This document shows, piece by piece, positions 18,611-31,392 of a stretch of DNA of 64,000 nt. The DNA lies in assembly GCF_009914755.1 (NCBI RefSeq), contig NC_060928.1; one strand, written 5' to 3'. The position numbers and the translations under genes were made by a program. Below the pieces are notes generated by a model. That model did no database searches. It saw only the letters and a list, made by a program, of their open reading frames with translations, and was not told the DNA's origin. Positions within the stretch are counted from its first letter, which is position 1. Every line of letters begins with the position of its first letter. The DNA is from the human T2T-CHM13v2.0 reference genome, Homo sapiens.

Positions 18611-21600
18611 GTGAGTTCTGGCGCCCAGCCCGGCCAGCCTGGCCTCCGCCAGCGCCGCCCCCTTCCCGCCCGGCCCTGAACCCTGCCACAGTGCCCGCCT
18701 GGCACGCGCCATGCCCCGCCCCTGCCGCCCCGCTCGCCAGGCCCCCTTCCTTCCAGGGCCCCCTCACCCATGGGCTGTCCACAGCACCCACCGGGGCTCC
18801 CCTAGCTGGCTGGAGGGGTTCCCCTCATGCGTGCTTGCTGGCCAGGTGGGCTTTAGTCCTGGCTCCCCAGGACATGCTCCTGGTCTTGCAAACACTTTCA
18901 TACTCGTACCTGCAGTCCAGGGCAGCTAATCACCTGTGGATTCTTGGGGAGTGGGCGGTTTGTGGCCACAGTGGACCCGATAAGGACTCTGGGAACCTGC
19001 AGAGACCCCCACGGAAGGCAGGATGGGCTATGGGAGATATTGGTAATATACTTGGTGTCTGGGACTGAAACTGACCCCCAGACCCCCAGTCCCCCAGCCG
19101 ACCTAGCCGTGTGCCCTGGGCCTGCCCAGCTCTAGGCAGGCAGTGCCGGGCGGTTGTGTGGACAAGTCCCCAGAGCCGTGACGCACCCCAGGACTGCGTG
19201 CCTCTGGGCACACGCTGTGCTGGCCTGGTACGTGCTCATGGCACCGACATCTAAGTGGCAGCCATGCCCTGGGACCCAGCCCCAGCAAGGACATCCGGAG
19301 CCGATGGGTGACGTGTGCCCGCAGACTCATGCCCGCCATGTTCCAGGATCCGGGCACAGCGCTGGCTGCCCCCATGGCTAGGCGGGACCTGTGGCCAGGC
19401 CGGCCCTTTGGGCGTGTTGACCACTCAGGATTGTCCGCGCTGTGTCCACCAGTCCTGAGGCTTCGCACCCCTCCCCTGCCGCCCAGCAAGCGCGCCGCAT
19501 CCAACCTGGCCTTATATGGGCACGTTCGGGTGCTGGGTGGCGGGCGGTGACCAGGTGGGCCTTATGCCACAGCACCCCCCCCTACCCCCCGCCTGCCCAC
19601 ATGGGCCTGGCTGAGCGGCTGCTCTGAGGGCCCGGCAGCGTCCTGGGCTGTGTGGGCACTCAGGCCATACTGGGCGAGCCCCTACCATGGCCAGCGGCCT
19701 GGACTTGCATTCTCTTTGATCTGTTTGGCCTCCCCAATCCCTACACCTGCCTGTCCTCTGGCCACTCGGCCAGGGAGGCTCTGGAGGCCTCTGTCCTGCC
19801 ATGTTTCCTGGCTGGGGCTGAAGCTGACTGGTGGATGGCCACGGTCAGCCATGGCAGTGGGCGGCAGAGCCCGCCTCTTCGTGGAGACGCCCCAGCGGCC
19901 ACCCCCTTCGCCTTCGTCCTCCTCAGCTGCGGCCTTGGGGCTGAGGATATCCAGCCCTGGCTTTGCGTGGCAAAGGCCCTGGCGGCACTGGGGAGCTGGG
20001 ATCAAGCTGCTTTCCAAGGGCAGGGGCCTCTGTGGTTTGGGTGGAGGTGGGGAGGAGGTTCTTCCGGACTGTGCTGATTTTCCTAGCGTGGACTAGGGCG
20101 CGAGGTCCATCCAAGTGTGTTTCTCCTGCTCTGAACAGCCCACTGTGCACCTTCGTTAGGCCAAGGACCAGCATGCAGAGGGCTTGGGTTATTTTTGAAA
20201 AGCCATTTCCCGCTGGGTCATAAGTTCTGGAATCGGCACATCGCTACACTCAGATCATATTTTAAAAGTTCCTCTTTTCCCAAACTTTCACAATCTTGGT
20301 GGATTTGTCTTAAACTGCTTTTTTTTTTTCCAATTTGAAAAAATATAGGAATTGGCTTTCTCCCTTTCCATTTTATTTCTCACAGTGGGAACTTGAGAGG
20401 TTCTGCATGAAATGTCTTTCACAAATAACTCTGAAGGAAGTCGTTTCAGGGCTTTCTGAGAAGTGCCACCTTTGAACTTTTGCAAGCATGGCCTTGGGGG
20501 CCAGCTCTGAGTGGCCTGCCTAGGAGGCCACTCCCCTGTCCTCTGCACCCGGCCAGCTGCGGTGGGCAAGCTGAGCCCTGACCCAGGTGGGCAGGGTGCC
20601 TGTCCAGGGGTGCCCCATGCCTGGGGGGTAGCGGGGTCAGTGTCGGCTCCCTGTGGGGGCAAGAGTCTGAAGGGTTGTGATTCGGGGAAGCAATAGCCGT
20701 GGGTGTACGGTGCTGACCTCGGCCCCCAGCCAGGCCTCAGGGCCTTCCTCCCTCGCCCCAGGCCCTTCCGGGCAGTGGCTGGCCCGTGTGCAGCGGGCTG
20801 AGGTGGACGTGTGGGAGCTGGGCCCAGCCCCTGCAAGGTGGGGAATCGGGCCAGCCGCCCCGTTTCCATCTCGGGGCCCCACTCCTGGAAGGGAAAATAA
20901 ATCACTGTCCCCTTGGGGGGAGGGAGGGAGCCGTGAACAAAGTCGCCTTTGGCTGGGCCTGGAAACGCCGACCGCAGACTCCTTTATCCATTGTGCGGGA
21001 ATCAATGGGCCTCCGGGCTCCCTTTCAGCCGCAGGCCCCGCGCTGCGGCCCTGTCAGGGGAAATGTTGGTTTTTCCCCAGTCGTGGCCTCCAGCCCCTGG
21101 CTTGCCCAGCCCTGGCTTGCCCAGCCCTGGCTCAGGAACTGCGGCCGTGCTGGGAGAGGCGGGCTGTGCCCGCAGACTGGACCCCGGCTGCTGCATGCTG
21201 GCCCTCTGTGCGGCCCGGGCTTGCTGCTCGGCCCAGGGTGGACTCCTTTGCCCCATCAGGGCCTCCGCCAGTGACTCCAGGCCTGGTGTGTCCAGGTGAC
21301 AGCCTCAGCGGGTCAGCACAGGAGGGAGAGGGATACCCACACCCCTCTCCCCAGAGGCCCCCTCCAGGGCTGCACTCCCTGCCTGCCTGCCACTCTCCCT
21401 GGCGGCCATCCCTGGAGCTGCTGGTCAAGCCCCAGGGTGCCTGGCTGCCCTCTGCAGGCGGCTCCAAGGTGGGCCGCAGCCCCAGAGCCATGATCCAGGA
21501 TGGCTGGGGCAGGGGTGAAGCAGGGGATGGGAGAGGAGGGGCTTCACGGGCCAAGGCATACCTAGCAGGAGAGGTGGGTACCAGTCCCCTTGGAGCAAGT

Positions 21601-24600
21601 CAGCGTGGGTGGGGGTCTCCTTCCAGGTCATTGCCCCTGTGTGGGGCAGGGGGGTGCTGCCCATCTTGGCAGAAGGCTCAATTACTTCTTGCCTGGTGCT
21701 GTTAAGGGGCTGAGGGGTGAACATTGGCTGAGCAGTGACAGGAAAGAGGGAGCCGGGCTGTTGCCCTTGTGTGTGGCGTGGGGCCCGCTGGGCACGGTGA
21801 CACCCTCTGGGCTTCTAAGACTGAGCCCCAGGACAGCCTGGTGGCCCCGTGGAGAGCTTGGGTTCCTTGTCCAGGCCCACCAGCCAGTGGCTTCAAGGCC
21901 CTCTACACTCCCTGTAGCCTTCCTGCCCTGTTCCCAGTGGTGACTGCAGGGCTTGGTGTGGAGCGCAGTACCATGCACCAGGGTGCCTGACGCAGGCATC
22001 ACTGTGTGTCCTGGAGGGTCTGGGCGGCTGTGCCCTGTGGCCTGCAGGGGCCTGGGGAGCTGCAGCGGACAGGCCCGGTGCCCTCCTGTCCCCAGCTCTG
22101 TCCTTGAGAAGTCCGCCATGTGAGTGGGAGCAAGGGCCCCTGACCTGGTGGTGCCCGGTGTGCCTGGGCTGCTCCGTGGTTGGGGCAGCCCCACCTGGGG
22201 GCCAAGAGCCCTGGCAGGGGACAGAGCATCAGCTCACCCCTGATCTCTGGCCTCAGGGGTTCTGGGCTCAGGAAATGTTCTTGTTGATGCTTCTGAAGTG
22301 GGGAAGGGCTGCCAAGGTCTGCAGGCAGAGCCCCTCTGGGGAGTTCCGGGCAGGGGAGGCCTGGGGACTGCAGCCCGGCAGGCTGGGGTTTTGAGGTGGG
22401 GGTGGGGGCCACGTGAAGCTGGGTGGGCCTGGTGAGGTCTGGACTGGGATGGGTACGGAGGAATCTTTGCCTGTTTTAGTGCTGTACAAGGTTCTCTCCA
22501 GGGCGTGGGACTGCCTGATGATGCTCTGGTGCCCGCTGTGTGCCCTGGTGTGTCGAGGAGGGGGAGCAGTGCCCTGGGGCTGGGGTTGCAGAAGGTTCCC
22601 CCGAATGCTTCCAGGGCTGGGCAGCATGGTGGGCCACATGCTGCATGCAGCTTGCTGGGGCACAGCCTGTGGGGTAGCCACCTGTGCTGCAGGCCCCCAG
22701 TTCCCCCGCACGTCCTGTGGGTCTGCTCCCCGAGGGCCGCCTCGCTAGCTGGTGACTGTGTGTGCCCTGGGTCTGTGTATGCAGGTGCACATGTATGTGC
22801 CTGAGCGTCCCGGGGCTGGGGCAGAGCCTGGCCCTGGCACCTGATGGGCAGCAGGCTGCGTGGCGGTCACCTGTTCTCTGGCTCCTGGGGGCGGCCACTC
22901 TTGCACTTGGCTTCCTGAGGAGGGGACTGGGCCCTGGCACTGACTCTGGGGTTTCCCACTCACTCCTGCCCTGGGTGCCCCTGGGGGCCTGGCACAGCCA
23001 CATAGCGGCCATCTGTGATGGGGGCACTGTGTCTCTTCTCGGTAACCGGGTGGGGGGACCACCGGCTGCAGAAGGCTCAGCACCTGGATTGGCTCTGCAC
23101 CCCACTAGGGGTTCGACACAGTGTGTCCTGATTCCCCTCCCCTCCCTTCTGGTCAAGGTGAGCCCCCTTCCCCCAGGCCACTCAGCTTCTCCAGGAGGAC
23201 TTGGGGCCTGGCCACCCCCACCCCGTGGCCAGGTCCTGGGTCAGGCCAGAGAATTCCTCCAGCTGGAAACTTTGGGCCATGCAGGGCCCCCCAGTTCGCA
23301 GGCATCCTCACTCCACTCTGGCCTCGTTCGGCTGCCAGGACGCTCTTGGTCCAGCTCCTCCATGCGGGAACTTGGGTAGCCGGTCAGGGTTGGGGTTGAG
23401 GGGGCCACACAGCCAGCTCCTCAGCGGTCAGCTCCACCTGCCCCTCCCTCCCCAGCGCACACTGGCTCCGTCTGTCCCCACAGACGCCCCACCCTGCTGT
23501 GTTGTTGACCAGCATCAGCCCCTGCCGCAGTGAGTGCTCCTTCCTTGGGAAGCCCCCGTTGTCCCTACTGGGTCAGGAGTCCCGTCCGACCTGGGCAGGT
23601 GCTGCCTCGGGCTCTGTAGAGGGGTGGATACCACTGGCCTGGGCTGTAGAGGCGTCCTGGGAGGTGCAGGGTGCACTGGAAAGTTGGAGGAGGCCGTTTC
23701 CAGCCAGTGTCCTGGTCCTAGCTCGTGTCTTCTCCCAACAGAGGGGTCATGACGCTGCACGTGTGTCCCTGCCTGGGTGTCTCTCCCTGTGCTGAGGGCT
23801 GTGTTCTGGGGAAGCACCCCCTCCTTGCTCCCTGTAGGAGCCAGGCCCCATGGGGAGGAGCCACCTGGCCACAGGAGGGAAGCCGGGCAGCCCCAGCCCT
23901 GCATCCTCTGTACCTGCCCTGGCCGGCCCCCACACCCACACCGTTCTCCCTACGAATGTCCACTGAGTATCTGCTGTATGCCAGGCCTCGGGACACCACG
24001 AGCACGGGAGAGGGGCTTGGGTGTGGGTTTGGACCACGTGGCCAGGACGGGCCCTTCCAGAAGAGATATTGGAGCCCCCGAGGAGCTACGGGGTGAGGGG
24101 TGTCGGAGAGGGCACTTCAGATGGGGCAGGTGTTCGGGGAGCTGATATGAGGGCCTGTGAAGACGGGGAAGGGCAGGCCGCAGGGGGTTCCTGCCTCCGT
24201 CCCTCCAGACTGCAGCTTCTTCCCCTCCATCCCAGGGCCTGCCCACCTCCACCCTCCCTGGGCCCTGGGAAAGAGGAGCCTCTGTCTGGGGACAGTGTGT
24301 GTGTGACAAAGCGTGTAGGCAGAGCGGCCTCTGGGCCTTGCTGCTGTGGGAAGCCCCTGCTCCTCCTCCTTCCCTAGTTGTGTTTTTTACAGCTGGGCAG
24401 GGGTGGGGGGGGCGGCGGGAGGATTTGGAGGCATCCGCCTTCTTGGCGCACTGCCTCCGAGTCTAGTCCTCCATACCTGACAGCAGTGAGGCCCTGTCTC
24501 AGACTCAGTTTACTCTCATGTCTCGCTCCCATGTGGCCCTTGGTGTCCTGCCTGTGCTGGGGGCCTCTCGGCTGTGGCTAAGTGTGTGTGCAGGGCAGGG

Positions 24601-27600
24601 GCTGTGCTGGAGGAGGAGGCTGGGGGGTGTCTTGGCAGGGTGCACGGCCCCGGAGGTGGCACAGTGCTGCTGTCATGCCCCGGCGGGGGTTCCCTGTGTT
24701 TCTTCCTGGCTGCAGTGCGAGGCAGCCGGTCTTCCCACCAGGTGCCTGTGCCCTCAGGTCCTGACTCAGTTTCCCCATAGGCTGCGTGGGTTGGACGCCC
24801 GTCCAGGTGGCGTGGTGCCCTGGCCGCTGTCCTGGTGTGATCATTCCCCAGGAATCTGGGGGGATGGGCTTCCTCCTGGGCAGGCCCTCCTGCGGGGGGT
24901 CTTGGGCCGGCAACAGCAGGGGGTCCGGGGAGCCCAGGTGGGGGTGGGATAGGCCTGGCGAGGGGGAGGGAGGCTGTTTGCTTTAGGATAAGCCTGGCTC
25001 CTCTGGCCCAGCTGCCTCTGCCCGTGCCTACAGCGCTTGCAGGCCGGCCCTGGGGGCCACGCTTCCGGCCATCCAGCGGTCATTTGTCTCTGCCCCCTTT
25101 CTCAGTGGTGACCACAGGCGGGGGTCCCGCCTCCCTGTCTGTGCCTGTCATCCTGCACCTCCCGCATGCCTTTGGGGACCCTTACCTCACCAAGCCTTGC
25201 TTGTATCTGCCTGGGGCAGGGTGGGGGCTGGGAAACCTTCCCGAAGTGTAGCTGGGGCTTTCAGCCTCTGAGGTGGGCTCCCTCCCCAGATGTGGGGGGC
25301 TGGGTCAGTGTGCTCCCACCCAGGACAGGGCCAGGCACTCGCTCTCTTGCTTCTTCTGGACAGTTGTGTGGGTGAACACTTGTGTGCACCCATGAACATG
25401 CACGTGTGAGGCCTGTGCCCAGGTAGCCAGCCAGGAGGCCCAGGCACCCCTGCAGGCTGTGGGCCACAGGGGCTGGGCTGGCCAGGGGCCTTGGCCACTC
25501 CCCCTTGGTCCCGGGAGGCCCTGTGGGTGGTGGGATTTCAGGCAGCGACAGGTGCTGGTGGGGTCAACCTGGGGTGCGTCTGGGACCTGGGCCGGCTGGG
25601 AAGGGGTCAGGAGGCCCCAGTGCTGTGGGCCCTGCAGCCGCTTCCTCCCCGGGACAAATTTGCCAGAGCTGCCCCCAGCCCTGGGCAGCTCACAGAACCA
25701 CACTGAGGGGGTGGTGGGCTGGCAGCCCCCCACAGCCGCCGTCTCATTTCCTCTCCGGGGAGCTGCAGGGAGGGTAGGGAAGGAGGGGCTTCAGGGCTGG
25801 GGCCCATGGCCTGGGTGGGAGGGTCCTGAGTTGAGGGAGAGACGTGAGTCAGAGAAGAGACCCCCACATGTTTTCTCAGAGAGGCCAAGGACTGGGATGG
25901 GCCGGGTGAGCCAGGGCTGAGAAGAATCCCTCCCTCCAGAGCCTCAGCCCACCCTTTGTGTTTCTGGGCACAGCAGGGAGGCGCCGTGTCTCCACTCCCA
26001 GCCCCAGCGGCCAATGATGCCTGTGGGCTCAGAACCTAGAGGCCCTGGGCAACGCCCCCTGTGCTATCAGCACTGATTGGGAGGCCTCCAGAGAGGTGAT
26101 AGGGATTCTCTGTGAGGGTCCCTGTCCCCAGACTTGGGGGTCAGAATGGGAGCTGCTCCCTGAGTGTCTGAAGACGCCAGTGGGAGACGTCACAGGGCCA
26201 CTGTTAACTGTGTATTGGAGGAACACGCGGCCCCAGGCCCCATCGAGATGGCCTGGAGCAGCTGCTACCTCTTGGTGTTCTGCACGCAGCCTGGACGCTC
26301 CCAGACAGCAGTGGCTGCAGTGCGGGATGGACACTGTCACCCATGGGCTGGCGAGAGATGCCCTGGGAACTGTGGGGTGCCTGCGGCCGCCTCTCCGACA
26401 TGGAGAGCAGTGAGTGGGCTGTGGTCGCCGCTGCAGGACTTGGGAGCAGCACGTGGGGAGTGGGGCACGCAGGGCCCTCCTTTCCCAGGAGCTCCATCCA
26501 GGTACAGGCCCTGCGGTGCCCCGAGTTTCTGAGGCCTGCAGGGTCTGTGTGTTCTAGGTTCATCTTCCTGGCCGGCTTGGCACTGCCCACTGGGGCTGGT
26601 CACACACACACAGAACCCTGGCCCTGCCTTCCAGCCCAGAGGCACCCAGGCAGGGGATGGGGTGGGGTGGGGACTGAGGCAGGGGATGGGGTGGGGACCC
26701 AGGCAGGGGATGGGGTGGGGACCCAGGCAGGGAATGGGGCGATGGGGCGGGGTGGGGACCCAGGCAGGGGAAGGGGCGGGGTGGGGACCCAGGCAGGGGA
26801 TGGGGTGGGGTGGGGACCCAGGCAGGGGAAGGGGCGGGGCTGGGTGGGGACCCAGGCAGGGGATGGGGCGGGGTGGGGACCCAGGCAGGGGAAGGGGCGG
26901 GGTGGGGACCCAGGCAGGGGATGGGGTGGGGTGGGGACCCAGGCAGGGGAAGGGGCAGGGCTGGGTGGGGACCCAGGCAGGGGATGGGGCGGGGTGGGGA
27001 CCCAGGCAGGGGAAGGGGCGGGGTGGGGACCCAGGCAGGGGATGGGGCGGGGTGGGGACCCAGGCAGGGGAAGGGGCGGGGTGGGGACCCAGGCAGGGGA
27101 TGGGGCGGGGTGGGGACCCAGGCAGGGAATGGGGGTGGGGTGGGGACCCAGGCAGGGAATGGGGTGGGGACCCAGGCAGGGGAAGGGGTGAGGTGGGGAC
27201 CCAGACAGGGGGTGGGGTGGGATGGGGACCCAGGCAGGGGATGGGGTGGGGCGGGGACCCAGGCAGGGGATGGGGTGGGTTCCTTTCTGCCAGGAAAGGA
27301 GGCCTCTGCCAGGAAAGGAGGGCTCGGCTTCTCCACATAGGGTGGGATGGTGCAGGTGGCCATGTGGAGCCGCAGCCTTTCTGCTCCTGTGGGTTTCACA
27401 GGTGGTGGGAGGACATACTGGCTGCCCCCCAGACAGGAGCGGCAGTGCCCGTGGTCAGCCCGAGCTACGTCTCTCCAGAGGCTTGCTCTCTGACCCCAGG
27501 GCCTTGGGGTCATGCCCCCTCAAGGCTAAGGTGCCTGGCAGGGTACGGCCCTTGGGGGTGGGCAGACAGACCTGGGCATCTGTGGTCCCTGAACTCAGGT

Positions 27601-30600
27601 CTGATATTGACACAGACGTGGGTGCTGCACAGACTCTCATCCACACATTGCACAGGCTCAGGCAGCCCGCCGTGCTCGGTTGCTTGTGGATAGCTGTGGG
27701 GTCGCTGGCCCATGCCCAGGCCCGGCTGGGCCCTGGGCTGATGGTTGGGTGGGAATTAGGTGAGGGGCCTGGGGCCTCTTTGGGACCCACCAGGCCCCCC
27801 ATCCCCCTACTGCCCTTGTCCTTGGGGGGCCACTGTCCCCTCTGACCTCGGGTGTACGGCTGCTTCCTGTATGACCAGAAGGAGACTCTGCCCTTTTGGT
27901 TGGTGGTTTTCGAGAGTTACCAAGCGCAGCTGTTTTGCATCCTCTGGGGACCCTGCTCCCTTCTCGTGTCTCAAAGAGCCAGCCTCTGGGGCCACGGGGC
28001 TGCCCCGGCCATGAGAGGCTGCTGACGTGGTGTTTGCTGGGCCAGTGCTCAGGGCTTTGGTGCATGTGGGCAGCTGAGGCCTGGGTCAGGGGCACTGCAC
28101 CTCGGCCCCTCTGCTCATCTTGGGCAGGTGACCCAGGTGGAGCTCAGGCCCGAGGTCTGTGCTGGGCCGTGGGTCCCCTTTTGACCGCCCCCCCGGCTCC
28201 GGACCCCAAGCCCCTCCTCGCTGACTGTTCCTCGGTCCCACCCGCAGGCCCCCCAAAGATGGCGGACAAGGTGGTCCCACGGCAGGTGGCCCGGCTGGGC
28301 CGCACTGTGCGGCTGCAGTGCCCAGTGGAGGGGGACCCGCCGCCGCTGACCATGTGGACCAAGGATGGCCGCACCATCCACAGCGGCTGGAGCCGCTTCC
28401 GCGTGCTGCCGCAGGGGCTGAAGGTGAAGCAGGTGGAGCGGGAGGATGCCGGCGTGTACGTGTGCAAGGCCACCAACGGCTTCGGCAGCCTGAGCGTCAA
28501 CTACACCCTCGTCGTGCTGGGTTAGTCGCTGCTGCGGTCAGAGGTCATGGGCTGGGTTGGAGCCAGGCAGGGGTGTGCAGGAGGGCGGACGGGGACACAC
28601 CTGGGGCCCGAGAGTCAGCCAGCCCCCGGCAGAAAGCCTTCCTTCGGTGCCCTGCCCCACCTCAGCTGGCTGCACCTCTGCCACCATCCCCCAGGTATCC
28701 TGTCCCGTTCCTGTCCCCGTCAGGCTCCAGCCTCGGAGCCTTCCTCCCAGCGGAGGGCGGAGGGTGGAGGGCGGGAGCCGAAGGCAGTGGTCCCACAGAA
28801 GGGCTGGGGCCCGAGGCCTTGGCAGGGTGTGCCGGCCGTCGGCTGTGACTTTGAGGCTCGGGTTTCGGAGTTCAGAGGAGCCGCCGGGATGCGTGGCCTT
28901 TCTGTTCTCTTCTGCGCCTGGGGCCCGGGCGCTGGGCTTGGACAGGTGTCCAGAGAGACACGCCCTCCATACCTAGGGACCCGGCACCCCGCCTGCTCCG
29001 CTGGGCTCCTGGGTGTGGGGCCCTCGGGTGGAGCTCCTGGGAGCTGGGCTGGCCCGTTTCTTTTTTTTTTTTAATTCTACTTTAAGTTTTAGGGTACATG
29101 TGCCCGTTTTCTGAATACAGGAGCCTGGCCCAGGCCCCAGCAGGGTCTGGGGGTGCGGCCTGAGACAGCCTGGTCCTGGGCTCAGTGAAGGAGCGGCTGT
29201 CACAGGGTGGATGGAGGGGACATTCCACAGCACGCCCTGCCCCTCGGCATTGTGTGGAATGGGAAAACTGGCTGTCCCCCACCCCCACCCCACAGTCCTT
29301 TCAAAGGGGACGATGACCGGGTGGTATGAGAGTCTCGTCTGTTCACCAGCCCTCGGCCCCTTGATGTAGGCTAGGGTTACTGCAGCTGCTGGCCGGGCCC
29401 GGCTCCCTCCTCCCCCGGGGCCTGCAGACCCCCCGGAGCCAGAATGGGGGCCGGCCCTCCAGCCCCACCCGTGCCCATCAGGGTCACCTGCGCCCAGTGT
29501 GGGCCAGCGGCCCTTGCCCAGCTGTCCCTGGGATTCTGGGCTGTGGGTGTGTGGCGCAGCCCCCTGCCTGGGTGTCCAGGGCTGTCCCGGCTGGGGCTGG
29601 GGGAGCTAGAGGCCACGGGGGAGTTGGGGGAGCTCCTCAGGGCCCCCCTCACCTGCCCTCCCTGTGCACCTCCGTCTCTCTGCAGATGACATTAGCCCAG
29701 GGAAGGAGAGCCTGGGGCCCGACAGCTCCTCTGGGGGTCAAGAGGACCCCGCCAGCCAGCAGTGGGGTGAGCAGGGGGTGACGGGGGTGGGGGGCGTCCG
29801 TCTGTCCCGGCCCCTTGGCTGCATCCCCGTCCTCTGACCTCCACGCCACCCCACCCCGCAGCACGACCGCGCTTCACACAGCCCTCCAAGATGAGGCGCC
29901 GGGTGATCGCACGGCCCGTGGGTAGCTCCGTGCGGCTCAAGTGCGTGGCCAGCGGGCACCCTCGGCCCGACATCACGTGGATGAAGGACGACCAGGCCTT
30001 GACGCGCCCAGAGGCCGCTGAGCCCAGGAAGAAGAAGTGGACACTGAGCCTGAAGAACCTGCGGCCGGAGGACAGCGGCAAATACACCTGCCGCGTGTCG
30101 AACCGCGCGGGCGCCATCAACGCCACCTACAAGGTGGATGTGATCCGTGAGTGTGGCCCCGGGCGCTGGCGGGCGGGGGGTGCTGGTGGGCGGGGGCGCT
30201 GGCGGGCGGGGGTGCTGGTGGGCGGGGGCGCTGGTGGGCGGGGGCACTGGCAGGGCTTGGGGGTGGTGGGCTGGGGGTGCTGGTGGGCCCAGGGTGCTGG
30301 CGGGGTAGAGTCCGGCGCGGCCCAGGAGCCATGCCCGCGTGCCACGTTCCCACAGAGCGGACCCGTTCCAAGCCCGTGCTCACAGGCACGCACCCCGTGA
30401 ACACGACGGTGGACTTCGGGGGGACCACGTCCTTCCAGTGCAAGGTGCGCAGCGACGTGAAGCCGGTGATCCAGTGGCTGAAGCGCGTGGAGTACGGCGC
30501 CGAGGGCCGCCACAACTCCACCATCGATGTGGGCGGCCAGAAGTTTGTGGTGCTGCCCACGGGTGACGTGTGGTCGCGGCCCGACGGCTCCTACCTCAAT

Positions 30601-31392
30601 AAGCTGCTCATCACCCGTGCCCGCCAGGACGATGCGGGCATGTACATCTGCCTTGGCGCCAACACCATGGGCTACAGCTTCCGCAGCGCCTTCCTCACCG
30701 TGCTGCCAGGTGCGCGGCTGCCACGCCACGCCACACCATGCTGGTGCCCGGACCCGCCCCCTGGGCCCGGCGTCCCACCCACCGGGTGGGGCCCCACCCT
30801 TCCCTCCCGGGCCGTGCTGGCCAGGTCATCTGCCGAGGGAGGGCAGCCCAGGGGCACCGTCTCCACAGCCCCTGGGATGGGTCTGGGGTGCTCTCCTGGT
30901 CTTTGTGTCGGCGTTCCCCTCCCTACCTCCTTTCCTCTCGCTCTTGCAGACCCAAAACCGCCAGGGCCACCTGTGGCCTCCTCGTCCTCGGCCACTAGCC
31001 TGCCGTGGCCCGTGGTCATCGGCATCCCAGCCGGCGCTGTCTTCATCCTGGGCACCCTGCTCCTGTGGCTTTGCCAGGCCCAGAAGAAGCCGTGCACCCC
31101 CGCGCCTGCCCCTCCCCTGCCTGGGCACCGCCCGCCGGGGACGGCCCGCGACCGCAGCGGAGACAAGGACCTTCCCTCGTTGGCCGCCCTCAGCGCTGGC
31201 CCTGGTGTGGGGCTGTGTGAGGAGCATGGGTCTCCGGCAGCCCCCCAGCACTTACTGGGCCCAGGCCCAGTTGCTGGCCCTAAGTTGTACCCCAAACTCT
31301 ACACAGACATCCACACACACACACACACACACTCTCACACACACTCACACGTGGAGGGCAAGGTCCACCAGCACATCCACTATCAGTGCTAG
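18532..31392 (+). CDS. FGFRL1: Fibroblast growth factor receptor-like 1 (504 aa): signal peptide, 3 Ig domains, TM segment, kinase-less His-rich tail
   Basis: Coding exons 18532-18610, 28248-28520, 29686-29766, 29862-30146, 30356-30709 and 30950-31392 sum to 1515 nt, all with GT-AG boundaries. The protein runs [11 protein letters not shown]...[37 protein letters not shown]. Confidence 0.98.
26644..27278. repeat. G-rich minisatellite of about 29 bp in FGFRL1 intron 2 (about 22 units)
   Basis: Unit GGGGACCCAGGCAGGGGA(T/A)GGGG(C/T)GGGGT. Confidence 0.93.
28248..28520 (+). CDS. FGFRL1: FGFRL1 Ig1 exon
   Basis: Encodes [28 protein letters not shown]...WTKDG...[14 protein letters not shown]. Confidence 0.96.
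29061..29103 (-). mobile_element. Extremely 5'-truncated young L1PA 3' end with target-site duplication
   Basis: Poly-T + AATTCTACTTTAAGTTTTAGGGTACATGTGC, flanked by GCCCGTTT(T)CT on both sides. Confidence 0.75.
29686..29766 (+). CDS. FGFRL1: FGFRL1 Ig1-Ig2 linker (acidic/Ser-rich) exon
   Basis: tgcag|AT...TGGG|gtgagc; encodes [27 protein letters not shown]. Confidence 0.93.
29862..30146 (+). CDS. FGFRL1: FGFRL1 Ig2 exon
   Basis: Encodes [27 protein letters not shown]...[11 protein letters not shown]...KVDVI. Confidence 0.96.
30356..30709 (+). CDS. FGFRL1: FGFRL1 Ig3 exon
   Basis: Encodes [18 protein letters not shown]...[17 protein letters not shown]...[11 protein letters not shown]. Confidence 0.96.
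30950..31392 (+). CDS. FGFRL1: FGFRL1 last coding exon (TM segment and intracellular tail)
   Basis: TM segment [23 protein letters not shown], tandem Tyr motifs, His-rich tail, TAG at 31390-31392. Confidence 0.96.

Larger units (their letters stand above)
15370..18750. promoter_or_regulatory. FGFRL1: FGFRL1 promoter CpG island(s)
   Basis: Extreme GC/CpG content; (GGGGC)n GC-box run at about 15699-15733; reverse CCAAT (ATTGG) at 17559 and 17614; ETS site CCGGAAGT at 17619-17626. Confidence 0.85.

Noticed and set aside
26337-27693. 280-340 aa Pro- or Gly-rich ORFs
   Set aside because: Produced by the G-rich VNTR.
30151-31392. 413-aa ORF as a separate gene
   Set aside because: It comprises the last two FGFRL1 exons plus a stop-free 240-nt intron. 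At most it is an intron-retention isoform.
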